DNA from: Carcharhinus longimanus
Taxonomy: Eukaryota
DNA: 64,000 bases
NCBI GenBank assembly: GCA_030264375.1
Contig: JASCQW010000132.1
Span: forward strand, 67,175,627 to 67,239,626
Direction: 5' to 3'
In this document: positions 26,601-38,600 of the stretch, one piece after another
Numbering within the stretch: position 1 is the stretch's first letter
How the letters are laid out: each line of letters starts with the position of its first letter
Translations under genes and position numbers: made by a program
The notes under the pieces: generated by a model
Database searches by the model: none
What the model saw: only the letters and a program-made list of their open reading frames with translations
What the model was told of the DNA's origin: nothing

Positions 26601-29600
26601 CTTCAGTTTGCCTGTGTGTCTGATTGTGTGTGTGTGTGTGTATGTCTATGCCTGTCTGTGCACGTGTGCATATCTGTGTGTGTGCATGTCTCTGTGTGTG
26701 CACGTGTGTATGCGTGTCGCGTGTGTAGCTGTGTGTACACGTGTACGTGTGTCTCTGCATGGGCATGTTTGTGTTAGTGCACGTGTGTGTGTGTGTGTGT
26801 GTGGTTGGGGGGGAGCGGCTAGGAGGGGGGAATCTTGCAGGCGGCGAGTGTTCCCCATCGCTCTGCCGNNNNNNNNNNNNNNNNNNNNNNNNNNNNNNNN
26901 NNNNNNNNNNNNNNNNNNNNNNNNNNNNNNNNNNNNNNNNNNNNNNNNNNNNNNNNNNNNNNNNNNNNCATGACTAACAACACCTGTTTCAGCCATAAGG
27001 CAGCTCCACTTAAAGAAGCACAAGGTTAGGTTTAAACACTGCAGCCAGACTAGCTTTAAGTGATGCTAGCCATTCATGATATTGGCCCCTGCTACTGTAT
27101 CAAGGTAATCAGCAGCATAGGGTGGGAATCGCTGGCCATTCATGCCGGCGGGATTCTCTGGTGTCGCTGCAGTGAATGGAGGTATGGCTGAGCACCAAAT
27201 TCTCCATCCTTGCTGGCAGTGGCAGCGGGTCATGATCAGGCAGAGAATTCGGCCAGTTAGTGTTGCCTGGGTGAAGAAAACATTGACATGAGCAGGCACA
27301 CAAAGGTGGCATGTTGCCCGCATTGCAATCAATAGATACAGGTTATCATGAAGCCTGGGTCCATTATCAGATGCAATTAAATTTCGTCATCAGTCCACCA
27401 ACATATATTATTGATATTACTTTGTTTTGTATATTACTGCTAGTCTGGTACTGCACATTAATAGTATGAAAAAATGATGTATAAATGCTAAGTTAGGTTA
27501 ATTTGTGTTATGTGACTTCCATGGAAGTTACTGTCCATGGTGGTAGGTCTGGAAAGGTGATATAATAGAATGTGGGTAGATAGGTACAATACTGGAAGGG
27601 TAGCTGTCCGGGCACTAATGCCTAATCTATAATAAGCAGGTCCACTCTGATGGCATTGAATTGATTTGAATGGAGGTTTTATCAACTTCTCCAATTACTT
27701 TAGTCTTCATTAGCATTAGCAAAAATGTTGCTCCTGCAGACTTTGATAAAGCACAGAAACACAAGGGTCTGAATCTTTCGTCCATTGGGCACATGCACTT
27801 GGTAAACAGTCATAATTGTTCTTGGAGTGTGATTTCAAGCCTGCTGGCCAGTTTATAGCCAGTCAGCGTAAAATGTGCACTCTGAAAGGCTGAGCACTGC
27901 CAGGGAGGACAGGAAAAGAGTGGGTGCTGAGAGCAGTGACAGTGCAAGAGGACATTTCCAACAAGCTTCCTGAAGTTTGACAGTTGCCTCAGGACCCAGT
28001 GACATTTGCACCAATATCTCTCCATATTACAGAAACAAGCAACTGGTAGCATAACACATAACACCTCAACCCTCAGACTTTTTTTTTATCCCAGATATTT
28101 AATGCCATCCTGAATTGGGAATGGTGAAAAAACATGGACACCATGTGGGTCACATAAAATTAGGGTCAATGGCATGCTTAATGGACTTAGTTGCCCTTTC
28201 AACTGTCAGTGAGCACGTCCAACTCTTGTGCGTAACCATCGACTGAAATATTGCACCAATATATTGGGACATGTGTCTAACTTCTTACCGTGCAAGTTGA
28301 GAATGGACACCCACCCACCCAAGCTCTGTTAAAATTCTGGCCACAGTAAATTCTGGTATAAGAGGAACACAAAAAAGGCAAACTGTTAATATTTGCAATT
28401 TTATTTCTTTATAGGGACCCAATGGTGCAACTGGTCCCCCAGGCTTCCCAGGCAGCCCTGGATTCAAGGTAATGTTTTTAATGACAAAAAGTGAATGCAG
28501 TACAATATTACCGTATTGAATAGGTGAATACGTAAGATCATTTAAAAAAAAATCATTTGTGGTTTGGAATATCTTTGTATTTCTATCATCCTTTATCTCA
28601 AACCATTCAGAATGCTCTCAGTAAGTTGTCTACCAATTAACTGCAACCTGCCAATATTCATTAAAAGCATAATTTTAACATGTTTAAAGTCTAACAATGA
28701 TTTCCATTCACAAACCCTAGTAGTAACACTGGTTTCAGTTGATGGCCACAATTGTTCAGTTGTTTGAACATAATTCTACACAGACCAAACATTTAACTTT
28801 TTGTTACATAGATGACAAACTTATTGTATTCAATATCGTATCAAAATAAACATGTATAATCTGATAAATTACGGAATTACTGCAACTTTCCAAACTGTAG
28901 GTAAAGCATCACAATCAAGAATAACCATTGAGTTAATTTTATCTTTATGATAGCCATGTAGGAACTATTTTGAGTTAGGTTCCCACAAACCTAAGGGTAT
29001 GATAGTTGATAGCTGTAACGAGGCATCTATTTATCAGTTGGATTTCTTAACTGTAACCTATTATTTGTAATGCTTCAAGTATCACAGCAGTTCAGAAACC
29101 CAGTGCTACTAAAGGCACAAAACTCAAGTTTACAACATTCCCCAGAAATCAAAGGCAGGCAGAAATAACTAAAATTATGCTGAGCTTTTAACAACTAAGT
29201 TAATTGTCATAACTGTCTTAAGACATTCTGCCTACAAGAAGAATGTTGCATCCATAACTTATTTCAGACAGTAAAATAATATACCATCAAAATGAGCTTA
29301 TCAATTATTTAGTGAAGTCTCAATAAAATGGTGACTTTCTAAGCCTGTGAAAGTTATGCTTTGGTTTTGATCTGTTATCACCTCAGTCAAGGAAATGAAT
29401 ATATTATTTATTTGTGGATATGAAAACATTAAAAGTAATCTGTTTCCTTCTATTCTCAATAGCAACCTCTTATTAGACCCAACAAATTGATCATTATATT
29501 AATATAGTATTAATTTATATCACCAAGTAAAGTCAAAAGCACATCTACTTTATAATTAGGTTAGATTCTGGAACGGAATGACAATCATTCAGCTGTACAA

Positions 29601-32600
29601 AAAAAATCATCAATTTGGTGATTAAAAACCTTGAAAGGTTCTTCAAATACTGAATGTAAATACGGTGGCACAGTGATTGACACTGCTACCTCACAGCGTC
29701 TGGGACCTGGGTTCAATTCTGGCCTTGGTCACTGTCTGTGTGGAGGCTGCACGTTCTCCCCATGTCTGTATGGGTTTCCTCTGGGTGCTCCAAAGTCCAA
29801 AGATGTGTGGGTTAGGTGCATTGGCAATGCTAAATTGTTCCTTAGTGTCCTAAGATGTGTAAGTTAGGGTGGATTAGCAGGGTAAATATATGGGGGGGTA
29901 GGATGCTCCATTAGAATGTCCATACAGACTAGATGGGCTGAAAGACCAGCTTCTGCACTACAGGGATTCAATGATTTTTGTGATAAATGTCCATTTTTCA
30001 TTGTCCATTAAAATTATTCAATGGTAGTTAATTATTGTTAGATAGCATCTATTGCAGCAACAATTCAATTTGTTTTAACATCCTCATGAAAACAAAACTA
30101 AAAAGAATTTGAACTTAAATAGTGCATCACCAAACCAAATTAGACAGTTTACCAGTCTGTAATTTTCAGTAATCGGGTTTGGTGAGAATATTGAGTGTTT
30201 GTGCTAGATGTGTTTAGTTTTGTATTAATGAGCTTTTAGCACCTTAATTAGCACAGCATAAGTGTGGTAACAACCTAGATTGAATATACAAGTTGATTTT
30301 CTTTTACTTCCATATAACATAGGGTGAGGTTGGACCAGCCGGTGCTCGTGGTGCATCTGGGGCTCAGGGCGCTAGAGGTGAGCCAGGTGCTGTAGGTCCA
30401 GTTGGACCAGTGGGTCTTCCCGTAAGTAGTTTTGGTAACAATATCATTACTACCTCTTGAGATATGATTTTACCTGACTGGATAAATTGCACCTACAATA
30501 TTCATTATTCTAATCCTAGGGTAATGCTGGTGCAAACGGTCTCACCGGAGCAAAGGGTGCCATGGTAAGTACATATGACACACCTATTTAGTACTTTCAT
30601 GAACAACCTCATTGATAAATCTACTTTCATTTTAAAATAACAAATGTTTGTCTTGTGCGTTTTTTAAAATAAAGGGTGCTCCAGGTATTGGTGGTGCCCC
30701 TGGTTTTCCAGGACCACGTGGTCTCGCTGGCCAAGCTGGAGCAGCCGGACCTGCAGGTCTTCGGGGTCTCAGTGTGAGTAACAAATATAATCCTATAGTG
30801 ACACAATTACTAGAAATAACTCATTCTTTGATTACAATAATGGCATTTTATTAAAGTTATAAGTAAAATTCTGAGAAGATTTTCCTTTCCTAAACTCACC
30901 ATACAGGGTGATCCAGGCGTTCAAGGTGTCAAGGGTGAGACCGGTGCCAAAGGCGAGCGTGTAAGTACTATGTAATAAGCATGCATTTTATATTTTAATT
31001 GTGTAATTTATTTCCTATTTTTGATTATGCATTGCCCATGTCCTCACCTTTTTTTTGCTCCAAAACCAGGGTGACATTGGCCCAGCAGGTGCCCCTGGTA
31101 CAGCTGGTGAAGAAGGAAAGAAAGGTCAACGTGGGGAACCTGGTTCTCAGGGACTTCCTGGAGTTTCCGGTGAAAGGGTAAGATGAATTTTATATCCTAA
31201 GAATTACATCGACACATGATTTAAGTATATGTAGAGATCTTCAACTTTAAAACAATAAGTCATGGTAATTCTGAAACGATGAAATAAACTAATAAAATGC
31301 TTACAGTTATAAAGTCCTAGTATCCTGGCTGTGATCTAATGAATGTCAGATTATTAAAAGATTTTGCATACTCATAAATTAATTTGTGTCTGAATACAGT
31401 TGATAATTAGAACATATTTGGATATTTTAAACAAATTTTAATGAGCTGATCACAGGAACTTTAGTGGAACGATCCTCTACACACAAGCTAGACATAATAG
31501 TTTTGACGTCATAATATTAGTCTATTTACTTCATAATAATTCTATATATATTAATAGTACAGTAAATGGGAAAATGTTAATTTTGAGTTACCATTCTTTA
31601 ATAGTAAGCTTAACTCATTCACAGTTCATTCCCAGTTCATTAAATTCTCTTTAATTAAAAGAGATAAAGTAGATTTTTTTCAACTTTTTCTCTCATTTCA
31701 CATGCAGGGTTCCCCTGGTCCCCGTGGTATCCCAGGTCGTGATGGACCAGTTGGCGGCATGGTAAATTTTGCCTTGTTATGCTTAGTGCATCGAGTAAAA
31801 AATGAGAAACCTGTTTTTTATTTTTAAGGAACAGTGAGATTTTCTTCATTAGATGATTAGAATGGTTCATTTATGTGAATCATTCAGAATGATGCTACCT
31901 TATTTTGTAATTCATTTCCAGGGTGCACCTGGCAGACGTGGTGAAGCTGGTCCTGCTGGTGCCAAAGGACCTCCTGGTGACGTTGGACGTCCTGGTGAAA
32001 GTGGTATGCATGGTGCTCGGGTGAGTGAAATTGAAATAACTATCACAGCAATAGCCATAGATGTACAGCATGGAATTAAACGTTTCTTGAATGATATTTA
32101 TCATTTATTCATATACTTTTGGATTTATTTCTCACTCAGATATACCCCCTAGTTTTTTAAATGCTAATTAATTGTAAATGACATTTTAGTAGAAACCCCC
32201 AGAATTAAGTTGAAGACAATAGAAATTATTTCTTTATTAAAAAGTACCATGTAACTTACACATTTTAACCTATCTCCTGATTTTGTAAAAATAAATTTGT
32301 CCTCAAAAGAATGTATTTTCACTGATTTTGTTTTTCTTATTTCTTACTTTGGATATGGGCCAGATTTTACTGCCAGGGTGGGCGAGGCTCGCAGAACGGA
32401 ATTCTCCGTTGGCCTCAGGTGGGATTCCACGAGCCTCGTCCGAGTGAGGTCATAAAATTCTGCATATGATGTTCCATTGGTTTTTCTAAGATTTGAACAC
32501 TGTAAGAAGCAACAAACTTTATTCGGACAAATGTGATTGTTATCACTCCCAATTAAAGTTAATCCTTCAGAGTTTTTAAAAGAGTTTGCACAATGAAGTA

Positions 32601-35600
32601 AGTGTCATTGAAAATATAAAATAAAGTATCTTTGCTGTATACACGATGGAATGAAATCTAAAATTGTTTTGCCTCCTTAACATTTATAGGGTCATATTGG
32701 ACAACCTGGTAGACCTGGCGCTGTGGGAAATCAAGGTGTTGCAGTAAGTTTTCTCNNNNNNNNNNNNNNNNNNNNNNNNNNNNNGTCTCGTAGGTAGTGC
32801 TGGCATTATAGGTGCTCCAGGCAAATCAGGTCCTGCTGTAAGTTGTTTTTGAGGTTTTCTGCTCCCCATTCTTGACAGCTTATTCAATCTAAAAGTAGGT
32901 TTGAATCAAGCATGGCAAATTGCATGGGGATATTACATGACATATGTTGCAGAACATCTAAAAATGAAAAGGCTTCAATTGTTAGGTTTTGCTAACGTCT
33001 AAAGTAACAACTCTTTTAATTAAGCAATTGAAATAATTTATTAATATAGGTACAGTAACTGCAAACACTGCGCCATTTAGTGATACTAACAATTACTTAT
33101 TTATGATGCAATAATATTGCATACTCATTATTATTTAACAAACGCTATGTCCAGTAACCTGAAATAATATTTTCTTTCCATATTGTAATTGAAATTTCCC
33201 CCCACACAAAACCTGTACTTCACAATTAATTCAAATATATAATTATGGTGATCGATTACCCAACTCATGTACTTATTTTAAAAATACATGTTTAGGCATA
33301 ATCCATATATGGTGTTATGAAATTCAAAATAGTCTCTTAAATACAACATTGCAATCACATATGTATGAGAAGGCACACAAGGAATTCAATGTATTAAAAC
33401 AGTATTTGGCTACATAAAAGACAAAAAGTCAGAATAACCTGCTTGAGAAAGTAAAAGTGTCCATATGGAAACATTTTGAATGTTATATTAGAACCCTATT
33501 ATGCACTGAGCACAAAGAATTCTGAATCATATTAAGAGCATCAGCCATCTCAGTACAATTACAGCAGTCGATTTTGATTTGGTTGCTGTTTTATGTGTTA
33601 CTGTCAAGTGATCATTAGAGTATTATTAAGATTATAATATCCTGATTTAAATCCCAGCCCCTCAGACCAATACATAGACCAGTAGATTAAAGGTATAAAT
33701 CCTACTGCAATTCACGTATCACTGGATATATTATAGGAATAATAGTAATTCTCAGTTGTGTTCCCCAAACGACAATTATCTTCAAAATAGAATGTCATCC
33801 TTGGAATACTAAAGCGTACTAATGTGTTAGATTTGTGCATTGTACCTATGCCAACTACTATGAAATTACAAATGAATAACCCATGCGGAATATTTACTCA
33901 AATGTTTTTGCAATAAGTAATAACATGCATGGAAGTAAAATAATAAACCAAAACACAATTAATTGACTTATATGCAAAAATAATCTCCAGTAACTTGTGA
34001 AGAACATTGTTTCATTGTCTAAGATTGTACATTTTAGGGCCCAGCTGGTGAAGAAGGTCGCACTGGTCCCCCTGGTCCTGCTGGCGCAAGAGGTCAGGCT
34101 GGTATGATGGGCTTCCCTGGTCCAAAGGGTGCTACTGTAAGTGACAGTTACATTTTTTGTCAGTAAATAAATTCTAAATATTCTGTCTTAACATTTTCTG
34201 AGTAGCCTTTACAGTTGATCTATAAATACCTTTGTTGCAAACTGAAATTATTTAGATGATTTTTAAATAAGCGTTTCCTTAAAAACGTTTAATATTTAAT
34301 GAAATTTAGAAGTATTAATTTATATTATAGCCAAATCCTTGGTGTAATCTAAGAAGCTTAGATGCTTAAAAATAGCTTTAGTTGGATTAGCAATAAGTGA
34401 TTGGAGGTTGATTCTATGACTAAGGCAACGCAAAAGATGTTTGCTGGGGTTTTCTAGCTCCACTGTAGCAAGATCTGCCACAGGGGAGTGGCAGGCCTGC
34501 TAAAAGTCCATTGACTTTCAGCAAGATGGGGAGATCCCTGTGGCAGGCAGAGCTGGAACTTCCTGGCCATTGTTACTTATTGGCGAGCTAAATGTTTAAC
34601 GCGCAATTGTTTGGGTTGTGGCTGAGTGATTTATCTCTGCCGGTTCTGGCATTTTAACATAACTAAAACCAGCTCCGGAAACTGAATGGCAAAATTGTCA
34701 GCCTGGGCAATATAAATCCAGAGAACTAGCTGTTATTGTCTCAGTGCCAGAAGTTTGAAACATGGAAAGCAGCTTTAACATTGACTGCACAAGCTCTGCC
34801 ATATATTGGCTGGAATTTTCTATCTGTTGGAATTAGTGGGACCCCAACGTGCTAAGTCCCTACTGTGGGAAATTCTGTTGACAACGAAGGAAACCTTACA
34901 GTTGGATAATGTCGGGTCGCCTCTGCCATTGGGAAATACGCTGTAGCGGGTGCAAAAAGTCCCATCCATTGTCTGGTATTAAGCCCCCACATTTTGGTTC
35001 AGAAATAGACCCTATTTGTCAAGTTAAATAAAGTATAAGTTTATTTGAATTAATTTAGATGCATCCAAATGAGGTTTTTCAAAATTCCAAAGATTAAAAA
35101 ACTTGTAATGGGATCATAACTTATTCTTACTAATATATATGTTTTATTTCCTAGGGTGTACCTGGCAAACCTGGTGAGAGAGGCGCTATTGGTCCTGCTG
35201 GTCCAAGGGTATGTTTAATGCCATTAGTTCTTCTGTATGAGTTTGAACAGTATTGTTTACATTATTTTCCATGTAAAGTCAATGGATAATACACTCAAGC
35301 TTTAATGTGTTGTATTTTCCCAGGGACACCTACACTGGGGCCAAATGGAGCCCCAAATCACCGCCCACTAGGAGCAAGACAGTAGGGAAATTTTCCCAGA
35401 GGCGGCATCCTAATTGCCTGCCTCTCTGCTCACCAGCTAGTACCGTGAGTGTCTCCCAGTGCAGCCAGCACAATCAAAGGGCAAGCATCTGGCAAGCCTG
35501 GGCAATCCCATTGGGAAAGGTAGACACTGCTGAGTAACATGGGAGACCATATGGGTGTCTCAACTTGGAGGCCAAAATTTTAATAAAAATTTCAGAAGGG

Positions 35601-38600
35601 CCATGCCTGTAAGTCTGTTAGAACAGAGTCAAAACCACTCTGGCTAGAACATATGGCCTTTCTTGCTGGCAGGCTCTCAGTGGGACATGGGGCCATCGGC
35701 TTTGATAGCTCCAGGGCAGGTCACCTACATGAAGTTGGTGCCACCCACAAGTGGCAGAGGGTGGGGGTGGGGATGGGGGGCTCTGCTATCAGCAGTACAG
35801 CAAAATAAGATTGCCCTGTTTGTAAATCGGATACCACCGTCCATTCAGAAGGTAGCCAGTGTGACCTTGGAAACTTCTCCAACAGAAATACGCATGTACC
35901 CACTCCCTACTATTTTCACAGATCCCCTGAGTCCAAGCCCATCATCACAAGGTGAAAAAAATTCTGCCCAATATTATTTACTTAGGCACTTAAAGTAAGA
36001 GTGTGCTTTCATAGAACAATTTAAGTACATTACCCCCAACCCCCACTGGCATGGAAATTCTGCCATGAAATATAGCCATTTAAATTTTAATGTGTCTTCT
36101 GAAATTCTTTCCTCCAGTATCTTAGCAGAAATATCAATTGATTTATTTCAGATCGGTTTATGGCTCTACTAACATGATGAACGAGGAATTTCAGACCATT
36201 GTATTAGCACACATATGCAATATTCCATCATATAATTCAAACTGTAGTCCTTTTAGTCCAAAATGGTTATCTCTGCCTTAGCCTTAGACTATTCAGATAA
36301 TCAAAAGATTCTCAGAAACAGGTAGCTAGACAATACAACACTGTAAGGACTGAAGTGGACCTTCAAGGGGAAGGTACTTAAGAAAAAGTATGATAATATC
36401 TATTACAATCAAATGGCAGTTTGATGTTCTATCAGGCAATCTGGTAAAAACATGCAATGTGCTTACATTTTAGGAGCCCACCCTTCTTCAGTTATTCACA
36501 GGAATCATGTGCATTATATAGGACCTTAAGGAATGACTGAAAGCAAATTGAGAGGAAGGCTACCAAATTAAACAGGGAATTTCAAATTTGACCATAAATG
36601 GATTTCGCACTTCAGATCAGCCAAGATCTTATTGAATGGCGGGGCAGGCTCGAAGGGCTAGATGGCCTACTCCTGCTCCTACTTCTTATGTTCTTATGGA
36701 ACTTGCAGTGAATCCAGGCCACATGCCTAAAGCCTCAATCCTAAGGACCCTATCATTTTTGTGTCCTGGACTTATTTGAACTTGACAGCAAGTTGTAGGA
36801 ATAAAATAGGTACAGGTTATAGTTTCTGGACCTCAGAAAATTACCAGCGTCCACAAAAAGTGATCCTTCTGATCTCACATAACCTTAGAATAAAATATAA
36901 ATTTCTTGCCCTGTGAACTTTGGTTAGGCCTCTGGATGTCTGGTAGAAATTTAATTAGTGTGCACACTTCATCCTCATTTCTATTAGCATTACAGTCAGA
37001 ATCCTAAAACCCAAGGTTTTGGGTGAAAGAGACTGGACCCCTATTTCAAGAATTGCCTGAAGGTTGAACCAGGTGGACAGATTATTGTCCAAAATACTCT
37101 CCAGGTTTTCCTCTGCTCATCACTTCTTTCCCAGGCAAGGAAGGAATAGCCACCAATTGAAAATTGCTCCCCAGTATGAGAAAGTAACTGTTGTTAATAT
37201 TTTTGATCTGTTGCTCTTCTTAATTAAAGTTCTTTTGAGAATTACACAAAATAAAATAGATCATTTACTACATTTAGAAAAATGCAAAGATCTGTAGATG
37301 ATTCTCCATTTCTGGAAATGATATAACAACAATTCCTGATTCTTCAACAAATTCAATATTTGAACAGCAGGGCACTGTGCAGGGTATAGAATCACAAGAG
37401 TCTCCTAAAATGGCAGGCACAAAATGTAAGTTAGCTATTTGTTCTGAATGTTAAATTCGCCATGAGGAATAGAGACATGCATTAAGTTATGTTTAGCAAT
37501 GTATGTAATACCACAGACAAGATATTTTCTGATCTCTTTGCTTCTTAGGGTGTACCTGGCAAAGATGGTGAGGTTGGAGCACAAGGTCCTCTTGGTATTA
37601 CTGTAAGTAAATAATTACAAGCATATTACAATACTATGCCTTAAAATAGTGCTGTATGAATATTAATTATGAATGTTTAATTCCTTATATTTAGTTCATG
37701 TTTCTTTATTCTTAAAATGTGGGTCAATCCTAGATTTAAATTACAGAGAGGAACTTGATATTGTATAACATTTTAACCTGATTACATACTAATATTAACA
37801 GACTTTAATTTGAAAACATTAAGTTTTTATATAGGCTGTAATTTGAAATTTTCAAAATGTTTTCCTCATGCACTGTTATGCTGGAAGATGTTACATTGCT
37901 GCTAAATCAATAAATATATGTAATTGACTTACTAAGATTTTCATATTAGAAGGTTTTAAATGCCAATATTACTGCTGAATAAATACATTTACTACTTTTT
38001 ATTACCATAAATATTATGTTCATAAATTTGACAAGTTGGTTATACTTTTCACTCAGCAATCTGGACAGTTAAACAATTTTAATGTGTTTTTTCTTTAGGG
38101 TCCTGTTGGAGCAAGAGGTGAAACAGGTCCAGCTGGCGGTTCTGGCTTCCAGGTACATCCCTCAAAATGAGTATTCTTTCTTTATTAGATACAATTGAAT
38201 AAGCTTGTTGAATTATAATATTTTTGTGTGGAGCAGCAGAGTAAAATTACACATTTAAATAGGTAAAGCAATCCTGTTCTTTTTACGATAAACACAAATG
38301 GCTTGCAACTGATTGGTTAACTAGCCTTAAATTTAAAATCAACTGGTTTGTATAAATAATGGATGTTCAAGCATTTGTGTTAATCTGTGTCTTATTGATA
38401 TCACACTAAAGATATCCTAGAATCATAAAATCAATCACAGAAATCCTACAGTGCAGGAGGAGGCCATTCAGCCCTTTGAGCCTGCATGAACAACAATCCC
38501 ACCCAGGCCCTAACCGCATAATCCTGTGTATTTATCCTGATAATCCATGTATTTATCTTGCTAATCCCCTGACACAAAGGGCCAATTTAGCATGGCCAGT

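Noticed and set aside
25985-26977. Cys/Val-rich ORFs of 200-284 aa
   Set aside because: Translation of a TG microsatellite, open in several frames.
32794-32837. Alternative acceptor tcgtag| for exon 24b
   Set aside because: It gives 44 bp and a frameshift; the Gly-X-Y frame continues back to the gap edge, so the true acceptor is inside the gap.
35324-35360. ttttcccag followed by GGA and a GPNGAP-like stretch, a possible further helix exon
   Set aside because: Gly-X-Y periodicity is not kept in frame, there is no donor at 45 or 54 bp, and it lies in a MITE-like element.
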